64,000 bases of DNA from Candidatus Latescibacterota bacterium (lineage in GTDB: Bacteria > Latescibacterota > UBA2968 > UBA8231). The stretch's first letter is position 1. The number at the start of each line of letters is the position of its first letter. The DNA is taken from the NCBI GenBank assembly GCA_965203355.1, contig OZ241889.1:2944001-3008000 (forward strand). Reading direction: 5' to 3'. Under the pieces are notes generated by a model. The model was given only the letters and a program-made list of their open reading frames with translations. It ran no database searches and was not told the DNA's origin. The translations under genes were made by a program, and so were the position numbers. Shown piece after piece: positions 9,122 through 18,653 of this stretch.

Positions 9122-10021
9122 TCACCCTCGGAGGAGCGGTGCGACGCCCGACCAAATGACCTCCAATTCGGTCAGCGCGTCGCCATCGAGGACGGGCACG
9201 GGTGCCCGGCAGACCGTCGATCCAATCAAGCCGCGCTTTTGCAAAATCCACTTGTAGATCGCAATCCCGTAGAGCCGCTCGTAGTTCATCAGCGGCAGGA
9301 GCTGATAGAAGTACGCCCGCGCTGTCTCGTCGTCTCCCGCTTCAAGGGCATCCCAAATCGCCGTCATAGCGTCGGTCACGTGACAGCCCGGCATATTGCC
9401 GCAGGCACCGCGACGATATTCGTCGAGCAAATAGACGCCCCCTTTGCCACCCAAGACGCCCTTGCAGGCCGCGCCTGCCAGAGCCAGCGTACGGCTGACC
9501 TGCCAAGGCTCGGGAACAGTCTCTTCCTTGATGTAATCGACGCCTGCTAGTTCGCGGCACATCCGCCCCAACAGCTCCCCGCTCATGGGCGTTCCGACCG
9601 GCGCGTCGAAATTCTGTACGCAGATCGGGACCTCAACTGCGTCTGCCAACTGCTGGTAAAAAGCGTAGCAGCCTTCTGGGCCAACGCGCAGTACGTGCGG
9701 CGGCATGGACATGATCCCGTTGGCTCCTGCGGCTTGGGCAAACTGAGCCAGGGCCACGGCTGGCAGGACATGGCCAGAGGTGACCGAGGCCACTACGGGT
9801 ACTCGGCCAGCGGCCGCAGCGACGACGCACTCGATCCAACGGCGGCGTTCCTCGTCGGCAAGGGTCGAAAATTCGCTAGCATTGGCTGGCCCCACTAAGC
9901 CCGTAGCACCCGCTTCAATACTGAAGGCGACCAAGTCCTGCAAGGCCGCTTCATCGAGCGCGTAGCTCTCGGTAAAGGGGGTCACTACAATCGGCATGAT
10001 TCCGCGCCACGTTTCAGTCAT
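9122..10021 (-). CDS. Dihydrodipicolinate synthase-family (class I aldolase/dehydratase) protein
   Basis: GIMPIVVTPF, PANASEF, Schiff-base YIKEE, GNMPG. Confidence 0.9.
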   Translation of the reverse strand: MTETWRGIMPIVVTPFTESYALDEAALQDLVAFSIEAGATGLVGPANASEFSTLADEERRRWIECVVAAAAGRVPVVASVTSGHVLPAVALAQFAQAAGANGIMSMPPHVLRVGPEGCYAFYQQLADAVEVPICVQNFDAPVGTPMSGELLGRMCRELAGVDYIKEETVPEPWQVSRTLALAGAACKGVLGGKGGVYLLDEYRRGACGNMPGCHVTDAMTAIWDALEAGDDETARAYFYQLLPLMNYERLYGIAIYKWILQKRGLIGSTVCRAPVPVLDGDALTELEVIWSGVAPLLRG

Positions 10022-10685
10022 GAATATCTCCTTTTAAGCCGAGCAAAGCGGGCACGGCAAAAAGCCCATCCACCACAAGGCGTTCGCCAAGTTCCAACCG
10101 CCGCCGACTCTGGTGGCCGGAAGACAGCAGGACGCAATGGACGCCGAGCGCAGCCGCCACCTCAATGTCGTGCAGAGTATCGCCGACGAGCAAAACTTCG
10201 TCACGCCGGCAGTCAAGGTCTACAAGGTGCCGATGTCCGCGCTCAATCTTCCCTTCCCCCAAGCCATTATCCACTCCGGCGACTGCGGTAAAGTGGGACC
10301 GCAACCCATAGTGATCGACCATTTCTTTAAGGTCCACTTCGTTGGAGGCCGATAAGAGGGATTGTCCGATCCCGTTGCGGCCCAGCGCGGCCAGCACTTC
10401 GCACGCTCCTTGGCGCAACCGGCATTCGCGGAGACGCTGGCCGTAGAGGATATTGAATTCGTTGCCCGTGGCCGCAAAGTCCTCGCGCTCGAAGTCAAAA
10501 CCTATGCGCTCGTAGTAAGCCCGCAGGGGAAACCCAAAGACCTCGCCGTATTCGCTCGGCGTGATCGGCGCAATCCCTCGGCGCGTCAAGAGTTCGTTGA
10601 CGATCTCGACGCACAGCCAAGCATCGTCCACCAAAGTGCCGTTCCAGTCCCAAATTACGTGGTGCGGCTTCATAGACAGCGGCAC
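10014..10685 (-). CDS. HAD-family hydrolase (phosphoglycolate phosphatase-like)
   Basis: WDWNGTL motif I, LSAS, VGDTLHD; start may be ATG 10673. Confidence 0.92.
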   Translation of the reverse strand: MPLSMKPHHVIWDWNGTLVDDAWLCVEIVNELLTRRGIAPITPSEYGEVFGFPLRAYYERIGFDFEREDFAATGNEFNILYGQRLRECRLRQGACEVLAALGRNGIGQSLLSASNEVDLKEMVDHYGLRSHFTAVAGVDNGLGEGKIERGHRHLVDLDCRRDEVLLVGDTLHDIEVAAALGVHCVLLSSGHQSRRRLELGERLVVDGLFAVPALLGLKGDIHD

Positions 10686-11429
10686 TTACTCTTTGTAGGC
10701 GACTACGCGCAGACGCCAGTAGTCGGCGTACCAGCCTCCATCGCCGTACAATGCCGGGCGGACAGCCTCCTCCACGGCATCCCACAACTCTGTGCGCATC
10801 AACGGCGGAACGTCCTCTGTAAGCGTCTCGGCGAACATCTCCATCCAGTCGCGCAACCCGCTTTCTCCCGCTAGCGGCGTTGGGCGGGAAAAGTGGCTGG
10901 CATGAGCAACGCGCAGCCCAGCCTGCTCCACGAGCCGTGCGTACTCACCCAAACTGGGAAAATACCAAGGCAACTGCGGATAAAAGCCGCGCGCAGCCAA
11001 TTGATCGATCAGGCTCTGACTTATGGTAGCGATGTTCCGCTCGCCGCCTAGCTCGGCGACAAAACGCCCGCCCGGCCCCAGACAAGCGGCAATACACGCA
11101 AGTGCCGTTTCCGGTGGCTTGACCCAGTGCAGGGTTGCGTTAGAAAAGACCGCATCGAACGACTCGGCAAAGGAAAATTCGCGTACATCGCCGACGGCAA
11201 AGGACAGACTCGGGAACTGCTCGCGGGCAGCCTCGATCATCTCGGCCGACAAATCAATGCCAACGACCGCAGCCCCGGCTGCGGCAATCTGGGCACTCAG
11301 TTGCCCGGTGCCGCAGCCCAAGTCGAGGACGCGTTCTCCAGCTTGGGGGTCCAATACCTCCACCAAGTCGGCACCTGCGGCGGTGACATATTGATGTTTG
11401 GCTTGATAGCGCTTGGGATCTTGGAACAT
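10686..11429 (-). CDS. Class I SAM-dependent methyltransferase
   Basis: VLDLGCGTG, FDAVFSNATLHW. Confidence 0.92.
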   Translation of the reverse strand: MFQDPKRYQAKHQYVTAAGADLVEVLDPQAGERVLDLGCGTGQLSAQIAAAGAAVVGIDLSAEMIEAAREQFPSLSFAVGDVREFSFAESFDAVFSNATLHWVKPPETALACIAACLGPGGRFVAELGGERNIATISQSLIDQLAARGFYPQLPWYFPSLGEYARLVEQAGLRVAHASHFSRPTPLAGESGLRDWMEMFAETLTEDVPPLMRTELWDAVEEAVRPALYGDGGWYADYWRLRVVAYKE

Positions 11430-11430
11430 A

Positions 11431-12420
11431 TTAGCCCAAGAGATCGGCGATGACCGCGCGCTCCTCTTTGAGCTCGTCTTCAGTCGCCTTGATCTTCGCC
11501 CGGGCGAAATCGCTCAATTCCAAGCCTTGCACGATCTCCCGACCGCCTTGGCCGTCGCTGCGAATGGGAAAGGAGAACATCAACCCCTCGTCCATCCCGT
11601 AGCTGCCGTCCGAATAGACGCCAGCCGAGAAAAAGTCGCCCGCTGGCGTGGTGCTCTCCACGCTGACGATGTGGTCGAGCGCGGCATTGGCAGCCGACGC
11701 AGCCGACGACAAGCCGCGGGCTTCAATGACAGCCGCGCCGCGCTGCTGGACGATTTGGATGAATTCCTCGCGCAACCAAGCGTGGTGGCCTATGACGTCG
11801 TGCGCTGGACGCCCTTCAATGCGCGCATTTTCGGCATCCGGGTACTGCGTGGCACTGTGGTTGCCCCAGATGGCCATATGGGTCACCGCCGAAACCTTGA
11901 CGCCAGCCTTTTGGGCAAGCTGGGCTTGGGCGCGGTTTTGATCCAGCCGGGTCATCGCATAGAAGCGGTCGCGGGGGATGCCTGCCTTCTGGCCGTGGCT
12001 CATGGCAATCAAGCCATTAGTATTGGCCGGATTGCCCACCACCAAGACCCGCACATCCGCGGCGGCTCGGGCCAGAGCCTGACCTTGGCCGACGAATATC
12101 GGGCCGTTTTCCCGAATCAAGTCGCCCCGCTCCATGCCGGGACCGCGTGGCTTGGAGCCAATCAGCAGCCCCCAATTAATCCCGTCAAAAGCCACTTCTG
12201 CTCGATCGGTAATTACGATGTCGTCGAGAAGCGGAAAGGCGCAGTCATCAAGTTCCATAACCACGCCCTCAAGGGCTTTGAGTGCCGGAGTAATCTCCAG
12301 CAAGTGCAGCGAAACCCGGACTTCGCGCCCGAAAACCTCGCCCGAAGCTAAACGCGGCAATATAGCGTAGCCGATTTGGCCAGCCGCCCCAGTGACGGCC
12401 ACTTTCACAGTTCGTGCCAT
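11431..12420 (-). CDS. mdh: Malate dehydrogenase (cytosolic/chloroplast-like type)
   Basis: [50 protein letters not shown]. Confidence 0.97.
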   Translation of the reverse strand: MARTVKVAVTGAAGQIGYAILPRLASGEVFGREVRVSLHLLEITPALKALEGVVMELDDCAFPLLDDIVITDRAEVAFDGINWGLLIGSKPRGPGMERGDLIRENGPIFVGQGQALARAAADVRVLVVGNPANTNGLIAMSHGQKAGIPRDRFYAMTRLDQNRAQAQLAQKAGVKVSAVTHMAIWGNHSATQYPDAENARIEGRPAHDVIGHHAWLREEFIQIVQQRGAAVIEARGLSSAASAANAALDHIVSVESTTPAGDFFSAGVYSDGSYGMDEGLMFSFPIRSDGQGGREIVQGLELSDFARAKIKATEDELKEERAVIADLLG

Positions 12421-12579
12421 GTATTCCTCCTAAATAAGGCAGTTTTTAGACAGATAAAATCTGCCAAAAAAAATCGCTCTGTGCAATGCGAGCCCAGCCC
12501 TTGCTCCCACCTTGGCCGACAGTTATTCTCTATGATTCCAACACACAGCCCATAGCCCATGAGCGAAAGGACGGCCATT

Positions 12580-13722
12580 ATGAGCGACGGCTTTGATCTC
12601 ATCATCCAAGGGGGGCATCTGATTGATCCCCAAAATGACCTCAACGGCCCAGCCGATATCGCCATTAAGGACGGGCGAGTCGCTGCGGTAGCCGACCAAA
12701 TTGAGCCCAGTTCAGCAAAGGTCATCAATGTGGCCGGCCTCTATGTCACCCCAGGCTTAATCGATATCCACGTCCACGTCTATGGAGGGTATCAGGGCTG
12801 GCTCTTCCCAGACCAGCACGCTCTGCCCTACGGCGTGACCACCGTAGTAGATACAGGCGGCGCTGGATGGAAGGATTTTGCCGATTTCAAGCGTACCATC
12901 ATTGACCCCGCTCAGACCCGCGTCTTGGCTTTCGTCAATATCGTCGGCGCGGGCATGATCGGTGCTCCCGAACAAGACGTCAGCGAAATGGACCCCGCGC
13001 TCTGCGCCGCGGCGATTGAGCAGTACCGGGAACACGTCGTCGGAGCCAAGTCGGCCCACTTCGGCGGCCCGGGTTGGGAGTCGGCAGGTGGCGCAATCGA
13101 GGCGGCGCGACAGAGCGATTCCATCGCCATGATCGACTTTGCCCCCCGCCCCACCCGCACGTACGAGGAATTGCTCGAGCGCATGAGTCCAGGGGACATC
13201 CACACGCACCTCTATGCCGCCCACATCCCCCTACTCAACGCCGACACAAAAGTAGCAGACTACGTGCGCCAAGCTCGGCAGCGTGGCATCGTCTTTGACA
13301 CGGGCCATGGCAACGGCTCCTTCTGGTTTCGCATTGCCGTGCCCGCCATGGCACAAAATTTTCCCCCGGACACCATAAGTACAGATCTACACAAATCCAG
13401 TCGCATGTTGCCCAACGCCACCATGCCCATAACTATGTCCAAATTCCTGAACCTCGGCATGTCTCTCCAAGAGGTCGTCTATCGCTCGACGTGCAGACCA
13501 GCCGAGGTAATCAGGCACCCCCGGCTAGGACATCTCAGTATCGGAGCGGAAGCCGACCTAGCGGCTTTTGCCCTACACGAAGGGGATTTTGCCTTTGTCG
13601 ATTCGGGCCGAACGCGCATGAAGGGGCGACAAAAACTCGAATGCGAGCTAACGTTGAGAGCGGGCCAAGTCGTCTGGGATCTAAATGGCCGTAGCTTAGT
13701 GGATTGGGACGAGGCTGGCTAA
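12580..13722 (+). CDS. Amidohydrolase/deacetylase, dihydroorotase-like family
   Basis: PGLIDIHVH, GVTTVVDTG, DTGHGNGSF, PDTISTDLH; alternative ATG at 12559. Confidence 0.9.
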   Translation: MSDGFDLIIQGGHLIDPQNDLNGPADIAIKDGRVAAVADQIEPSSAKVINVAGLYVTPGLIDIHVHVYGGYQGWLFPDQHALPYGVTTVVDTGGAGWKDFADFKRTIIDPAQTRVLAFVNIVGAGMIGAPEQDVSEMDPALCAAAIEQYREHVVGAKSAHFGGPGWESAGGAIEAARQSDSIAMIDFAPRPTRTYEELLERMSPGDIHTHLYAAHIPLLNADTKVADYVRQARQRGIVFDTGHGNGSFWFRIAVPAMAQNFPPDTISTDLHKSSRMLPNATMPITMSKFLNLGMSLQEVVYRSTCRPAEVIRHPRLGHLSIGAEADLAAFALHEGDFAFVDSGRTRMKGRQKLECELTLRAGQVVWDLNGRSLVDWDEAG

Positions 13723-13766
13723 TATCGCCGCCTCACTTAGATATGTGCAAACCCCTTGCAGACCCC

Positions 13767-13795
13767 TTGACGCAGCACTGCTCCTTATGTATAAT
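13767..13795 (+). promoter_or_regulatory. Near-consensus sigma-70 promoter of the sigma factor gene
   Basis: TTGACG-N17-TATAAT. Confidence 0.8.
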
Positions 13796-13916
13796 CAATT
13801 AGTTTTGCCAATACTGCAATTCTACGCTTACCATATGCACCGAGGCATTTAGTGCTGTGGCGAGAGACAAAACCTGACGGGCAGATAGCCCTTTGTAGGC
13901 AAAGACGAGAGGCTCT

Positions 13917-14756
13917 ATGCACAATCTGCACGACGAAGAAAACACCCTGAGACTCTATTTCGACGATATTGCTGAGTCCACGCCCCTTTCGAGAGAACGC
14001 GAAGTAGAACTGGCCGACCGCATCAAAAATGGCGATATGAACGCTCGTGAAGAAATGATTAGTGCCAATTTGCGGTTTGTCGTCGATGTCGCCAAGAAGT
14101 ACCAAAACCGCGGATTGTCTCTATCCGACCTGATTAGTGCCGGCAATCTCGGCCTCATCACGGCGGCTGACCGCTTCGATGGCACCAAGGGCTACAAATT
14201 CATTTCATACGCGGTTTGGTGGATCCGTCAGTCCATTCTCCAAACTCTCGCCGAACACGTGCGCACCGTGCGTCTCCCACTCAACAAGGTCAGTTTGCTC
14301 AAGGATATTTCCAAAGCCTCGCGCAAATTGGGGCAGCATCGCGCCAGTGAGCCTGGCATAGAGGAAATCGCCGCGGAACTCGAAGTCCCAGCCGAAGAGG
14401 TTCTAGAGACCATCCTCAGCGCCCGCTCCGTGTGTTCGCTCGACGAATCCTTCACCGACGATGACGAGCGCAGCCTACTCAACACCTTGGCCGACAATAC
14501 GGCTGCAGCCCCAGATGCCGACATCCTGAGCGAATCGGCCCGGGAACAGCTCGAGACAGCTTTGGAAACCCTTGAGGAGCGCGAATTGCGCATTATCAGG
14601 CTCTATTTTGGCCTCGACGGCAATGAAGCCCTGACGCTTGAGGAGATCGGCGACATGATGAATCTCACGCGCGAGCGCATCCGCCAGCTCAAAGAGCGGG
14701 CACTCAGCAAACTGCGCCATCCTTCGCGGCATCAGGTGCTTAAAACGCTAGCTTAG
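13917..14756 (+). CDS. RNA polymerase sigma-70 factor, RpoD/RpoS family, lacking region 1.1
   Basis: ANLRFVVDVAKKY, DLISAGNLGL, KFISYAVWWIRQ, TLEEIG...TRERIRQL; 279 aa. Confidence 0.95.
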   Translation: MHNLHDEENTLRLYFDDIAESTPLSREREVELADRIKNGDMNAREEMISANLRFVVDVAKKYQNRGLSLSDLISAGNLGLITAADRFDGTKGYKFISYAVWWIRQSILQTLAEHVRTVRLPLNKVSLLKDISKASRKLGQHRASEPGIEEIAAELEVPAEEVLETILSARSVCSLDESFTDDDERSLLNTLADNTAAAPDADILSESAREQLETALETLEERELRIIRLYFGLDGNEALTLEEIGDMMNLTRERIRQLKERALSKLRHPSRHQVLKTLA

Positions 14757-14775
14757 CGGCACCTGAAAATTTGCC

Positions 14776-14861
14776 GGGGGGATACCGAAGCGGTCAAACG
14801 GGGCAGACTGTAAATCTGTTGGCTTATGCCTTCGTAGGTTCGAATCCTGCTCCCCCCACCA
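14776..14861 (+). tRNA. tRNA-Tyr (GTA)
   Basis: Acceptor GGGGGGA/TCCCCCC, anticodon arm GCAGA-CTGTAAA-TCTGT, long variable arm, GTTCGAATC T loop, encoded CCA. Confidence 0.97.
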
Positions 14862-14866
14862 TTACT

Positions 14867-14900
14867 AAAAAGGCCGTTCCCAGTAAGGAACGGCCTTTTT
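14867..14900. terminator. Bidirectional rho-independent terminator
   Basis: AAAAAGGCCGTTCC-cagtaa-GGAACGGCCTTTTT between convergent tRNA-Tyr and hemW. Confidence 0.92.
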
Positions 14901-14922
14901 AATTGCAATATCCAAGCGCATC

Positions 14923-16053
14923 TTATTGCCCCTTTTCCACGATCCGGTCCAGTTCCACGCTCAAGGCGTCAGCCAGCAAAAACCCCGCCCTAGTCAAACG
15001 CAATCTCTGGCCTTCAAGCGCGGCGTATCCAACTTTCTCCAGAGCGACAAAGTGCCTGCTGCTCTGTACGCGATCTATTTCTTCCTCGGTCAATGCAACC
15101 CCCTCTATCGTGCGCAGACCCAACCACAGACGTTCTCTGCGAGCCGTGTCCGGGACTATGGTCTCCTCTCCTTCACACGGCGACCGGCCTTGGTACATAG
15201 CGTCGAGATAGGTATTGATATCTCGCGTATTCCAAAATCGCTTCCCACCAATAAAGCTATGCGCCCCAAGCCCAACACCTAAGTAAGGAACTCCTGTCCA
15301 GTATCCCCAATTATGGCACGAGCGATATCCAAGACGGGCGTAGTTTGAAATCTCGTAGTGTTCATAGCCAGCCGCCACTAGCTGTGCATCCGTCCACTCC
15401 AAGGTGCGAGCCTGTCCGTCGTCCGATACAGGTTTTAGCAGGTCCTGATGCTGTCGTTGAGCGAAGATCGTGCCTTCTTCAATAGTAAGGCTATAGACCG
15501 CAAGATGCTCTGGAGCCAAAGCGATAGCCCGCTTGACGCTAAAGTGCCAATCGGCCTCTGAGGCTCTAGGTATATTGGCCACCAAGTCCAAGCTCACATT
15601 GGCGAAACCAGCCGCTCTGGCCGCTGCATACGCTCTTTCGACATCGGCTGCGCTATGTTGCCGACCCAAATGACGCAGATCGGCATCGCGAAAAGCCTGT
15701 GCGCCAATGCTGATGCGGTTGCACCCCAGTGCCTTTAGTCTTGCGAACTTCTCGCGATCAACGGTTCCAGGATTGACTTCAACGGAAATTTCCGCGTCTG
15801 AATGTAGCCCCAAATGCCGCTGAGTTGCCTCGAGCATCTGTCCGATTAGTGCCGGCTCGACTTGGCTGGGAGTACCCCCGCCGAAGAACACAGTCTCCAC
15901 CGGCCCTGACAAATGGGCCCAAGATTCGATTTCTCGGCAGATCGCTTCGGCATATAGGCCGTGGCGGTCTTCTTGGCCAACAACCGTAGCAAAGGCACAG
16001 TAGGGGCAGCGTTGGGGGCAAAACGGCACGTGAATATAGAGGCCCAATGCCAT
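14923..16053 (-). CDS. hemW: Radical SAM heme chaperone HemW (HemN-like)
   Basis: LYIHVPFCPQRCPYCAF (CxxxCxxC), FGGGTPS, YEISNYA, HNWGYW (HNxxYW); follows lepA; ATG 16053. Confidence 0.92.
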   Translation of the reverse strand: MALGLYIHVPFCPQRCPYCAFATVVGQEDRHGLYAEAICREIESWAHLSGPVETVFFGGGTPSQVEPALIGQMLEATQRHLGLHSDAEISVEVNPGTVDREKFARLKALGCNRISIGAQAFRDADLRHLGRQHSAADVERAYAAARAAGFANVSLDLVANIPRASEADWHFSVKRAIALAPEHLAVYSLTIEEGTIFAQRQHQDLLKPVSDDGQARTLEWTDAQLVAAGYEHYEISNYARLGYRSCHNWGYWTGVPYLGVGLGAHSFIGGKRFWNTRDINTYLDAMYQGRSPCEGEETIVPDTARRERLWLGLRTIEGVALTEEEIDRVQSSRHFVALEKVGYAALEGQRLRLTRAGFLLADALSVELDRIVEKGQ

Positions 16054-16112
16054 TATTTGCTTTTTCGGGATTAGGGTACACAGGGCCGGGCAGTACGCCT
16101 CTTGCTCATAAA

Positions 16113-17909
16113 TCAGGCTTCCATCTTGAGCGCGGCCAAAAACGCTTCTTGGGGAATTTCCACCTTCCCAAACTGCTTCATGCGCTTTTTGCCTTCCTTC
16201 TGCCTTTCGAGCAATTTGCGTTTGCGAGTCACGTCGCCGCCATAGCACTTGGCCGTCACATTTTTGCGGAACGGCTTGACCACCTCACGGGCAATCACCT
16301 TACTCCCGACCGCTCCTTGGATGACCACCTCGAACATCTGTCGTGGAATCAACTCCTTGAGTTTAGTACAGAGTTGCCGACCCCACTCATAGGCCTTGTC
16401 GCGATGGATGATCACAGAGAGCGCGTCCAGCGGCTCGCCATTGATCATAATGTCGAGCCTAGATAGTAGGCCAGCCCTCATCTCCAAATGCTCGTAATCG
16501 AATGACGCATAGCCCCGCGACACCGATTTGAGCCGATCGTAGAAGTCGATCACTACTTCGGCCAAAGGCATCTCAAAGCTCAGGATCGCCCGGCTACCAT
16601 CGAGATACTCCGTATTGCGGTAACTCCCGCGTCGGTCAGTGCAAATTTTCATCACTGCGCCGATGTAATCCCTCGGCACCAAGATCTGGACGGCGAGAAT
16701 CGGCTCGCGCACCTCTTCAATCTCAGCAACAGGCGGCAGCAAAGAGGGATTGTCCACGTCGCTCAGTTCCCCATCCTTGGTCAGAATCTCGTAGAGCACA
16801 TTGGGGAGGGTAGTGATGATTTCGACCTGGTACTCGCGGTCGAGACGCTCCTGGACGATCTCCATGTGCAGCAGGCCTAGGAAGCCGCAACGAAAACCAA
16901 AGCCCAATGCCGGCGAGGTCTCCGGCTCATAGGAGAACGCGGCGTCGTTGAGTTTGAGCCGTTCTAAAGCGTCGCGCAGCACCTCGTATTCCTCTGGAAC
17001 AACGGGATAAAGTCCGCTGAAAACCATGGGTTTGAGCGGTTGGTATCCAGGCAACGGTTCTACTTCCGCCTCTATGTCGACGACCGTATCCCCGACATGA
17101 GCCTCGGCCAATTCTTTGATTCCAGCAATGAAATAGCCGACTTCACCGGTCTCAAGTACTTGAGCTGGCACCCGGCTTAAGACCAAGTGGCCGACTTCTT
17201 CGACTTCGTAATGTCGTCCGGTGGAGTGGAAGCGGATCTTCTGCCCCTTGTGGATACATCCATCAACGACTCGGATAAAGCAAATTACCCCTCGGTACTG
17301 GTCGTAGAGCGAATCAAAAATCAGTGCTCGCAACGGCTCCTGCTGACGCCCGGCCGGCGGTGGTATGCGATCGACAATAGCTCCCATCACCTCCTCAACC
17401 CCAACCCCCTTTTTGGCACTGATTTGTAAAATATCTTCGGCTTCCCCCCCCAGCAGGTCAAGCACCTGTTGCTGTACCGCATCGACCTGAGCTGCGGGCA
17501 TGTCGATTTTATTCAGTACCGGGATAACGACCAAGTCGCTGTTTAGTGCCAACAGCAAATTGCTCACGGTCTGGGCTTCTATTCCCTGTGTGGCATCGAC
17601 GACCAATATCGCCCCTTCGCAGGCCGCCAAACTACGCGATACCTCATAGGTAAAATCCACGTGTCCCGGCGTGTCGATCAAGTTGAATTGATAGATCCTA
17701 TCGTCGGCTGCCTGATAGTGCATTCGCACAGCGTGGGCTTTAATTGTAATGCCCCGCTCGCGCTCTAAATCCATGTTGTCGAGGACCTGATTCTGCATCT
17801 GCTTGGCCGTCAGGGTCGCAGTCTTTTCAAGCAGGCGGTCCGCTAGCGTTGATTTCCCGTGATCAATATGGGCAATAATGGAGAAATTGCGAATCTGCGC
17901 GATATTCAT
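16113..17909 (-). CDS. lepA: Elongation factor 4 (LepA)
   Basis: [54 protein letters not shown]. Confidence 0.98.
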   Translation of the reverse strand: MNIAQIRNFSIIAHIDHGKSTLADRLLEKTATLTAKQMQNQVLDNMDLERERGITIKAHAVRMHYQAADDRIYQFNLIDTPGHVDFTYEVSRSLAACEGAILVVDATQGIEAQTVSNLLLALNSDLVVIPVLNKIDMPAAQVDAVQQQVLDLLGGEAEDILQISAKKGVGVEEVMGAIVDRIPPPAGRQQEPLRALIFDSLYDQYRGVICFIRVVDGCIHKGQKIRFHSTGRHYEVEEVGHLVLSRVPAQVLETGEVGYFIAGIKELAEAHVGDTVVDIEAEVEPLPGYQPLKPMVFSGLYPVVPEEYEVLRDALERLKLNDAAFSYEPETSPALGFGFRCGFLGLLHMEIVQERLDREYQVEIITTLPNVLYEILTKDGELSDVDNPSLLPPVAEIEEVREPILAVQILVPRDYIGAVMKICTDRRGSYRNTEYLDGSRAILSFEMPLAEVVIDFYDRLKSVSRGYASFDYEHLEMRAGLLSRLDIMINGEPLDALSVIIHRDKAYEWGRQLCTKLKELIPRQMFEVVIQGAVGSKVIAREVVKPFRKNVTAKCYGGDVTRKRKLLERQKEGKKRMKQFGKVEIPQEAFLAALKMEA

Positions 17910-17952
17910 ACGGTTTGGTCGGTAAGGTTGGTGCGACGAACTCAGCAAGCAG

Positions 17953-18555
17953 TCAGGATATGCGCTGGCGATACAGGCTCTCGTCTACCACGCTAGCCAT
18001 TTGCCGCACATCTAATGGGCGGGCGAGAAAGGTCTTGACTTCGTGGCTCGTGGCCAGCGGGTCGCACAAAACAGCGGAGTAGTTGACATAGAGTACCTCC
18101 ATTTGCGGGTGCTCTGTCAACCACTGTTGTACTGCATTCAAGTGCCGGTCGAAGGCCTCGGCCATCTCGGCGTCAGAAATCCGGTCAGAAGGCTGCCCTC
18201 GCCGTGCTAACATCGCCCGCTGCGAAGCCAAAATCTCGTCCATTTTTCGGTGGACAAAGACGATTTTGTACGGCTTGTGGAGCGGCAATCGGTCGAGCAA
18301 TTGGGATATGACCTTGACGGCTTTACCCTCCGCCGATTCGATCCATGTAGTATCTTTTTCTAGCTGCTTAACCTTCTCGAACTCGTAATATCCCCCGGGA
18401 TTATCGGCATCGGCCCCACGAGTACAATCTGTTAGGATCGGTAAGCCGCCCGCAGCCAACATCTTCATCAACATTGAGGTACCAGAACGAGGCAGACCGG
18501 ACACAATAGTTATGTACTCGTCCGGCTGTGGAGGTGAGGTCGAGTGAGAATACAA
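17953..18555 (-). CDS. Sulfotransferase family protein
   Basis: PAPS-binding loop [26 protein letters not shown]; start uncertain (TTG 18555 or 18600). Confidence 0.85.
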   Translation of the reverse strand: MYSHSTSPPQPDEYITIVSGLPRSGTSMLMKMLAAGGLPILTDCTRGADADNPGGYYEFEKVKQLEKDTTWIESAEGKAVKVISQLLDRLPLHKPYKIVFVHRKMDEILASQRAMLARRGQPSDRISDAEMAEAFDRHLNAVQQWLTEHPQMEVLYVNYSAVLCDPLATSHEVKTFLARPLDVRQMASVVDESLYRQRIS

Positions 18556-18581
18556 AATAGAGAAAGACGGCCCACAGCATA

Positions 18582-18628
18582 ATACGACACACGCTTCCAA
18601 AGCTTAGCTCCGGAAGCGTGTGTCGTAT
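18582..18628. other. Perfect 17-bp inverted repeat (stem-loop) between autotransporter and sulfotransferase
   Basis: ATACGACACACGCTTCC-13 nt-GGAAGCGTGTGTCGTAT; no U-tract. Confidence 0.85.
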
Positions 18629-18653
18629 ACTGTGCTACATATGTATGAATCAA

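Noticed and set aside
11413-12351. 312-aa plus-strand ORF
   Set aside because: Antisense shadow of mdh with no recognisable motifs
13835-13860. CIRCE-like GCAC...GTGC dyad in the sigma leader
   Set aside because: Spacing is 11 rather than 13 nt and the flanks do not match TTAGCACTC-N9-GAGTGCTAA
14776-14900. tRNA-Tyr (and tRNA-fMet) as island integration sites
   Set aside because: No integrase and no duplicated tRNA 3' end seen; flanking genes are housekeeping
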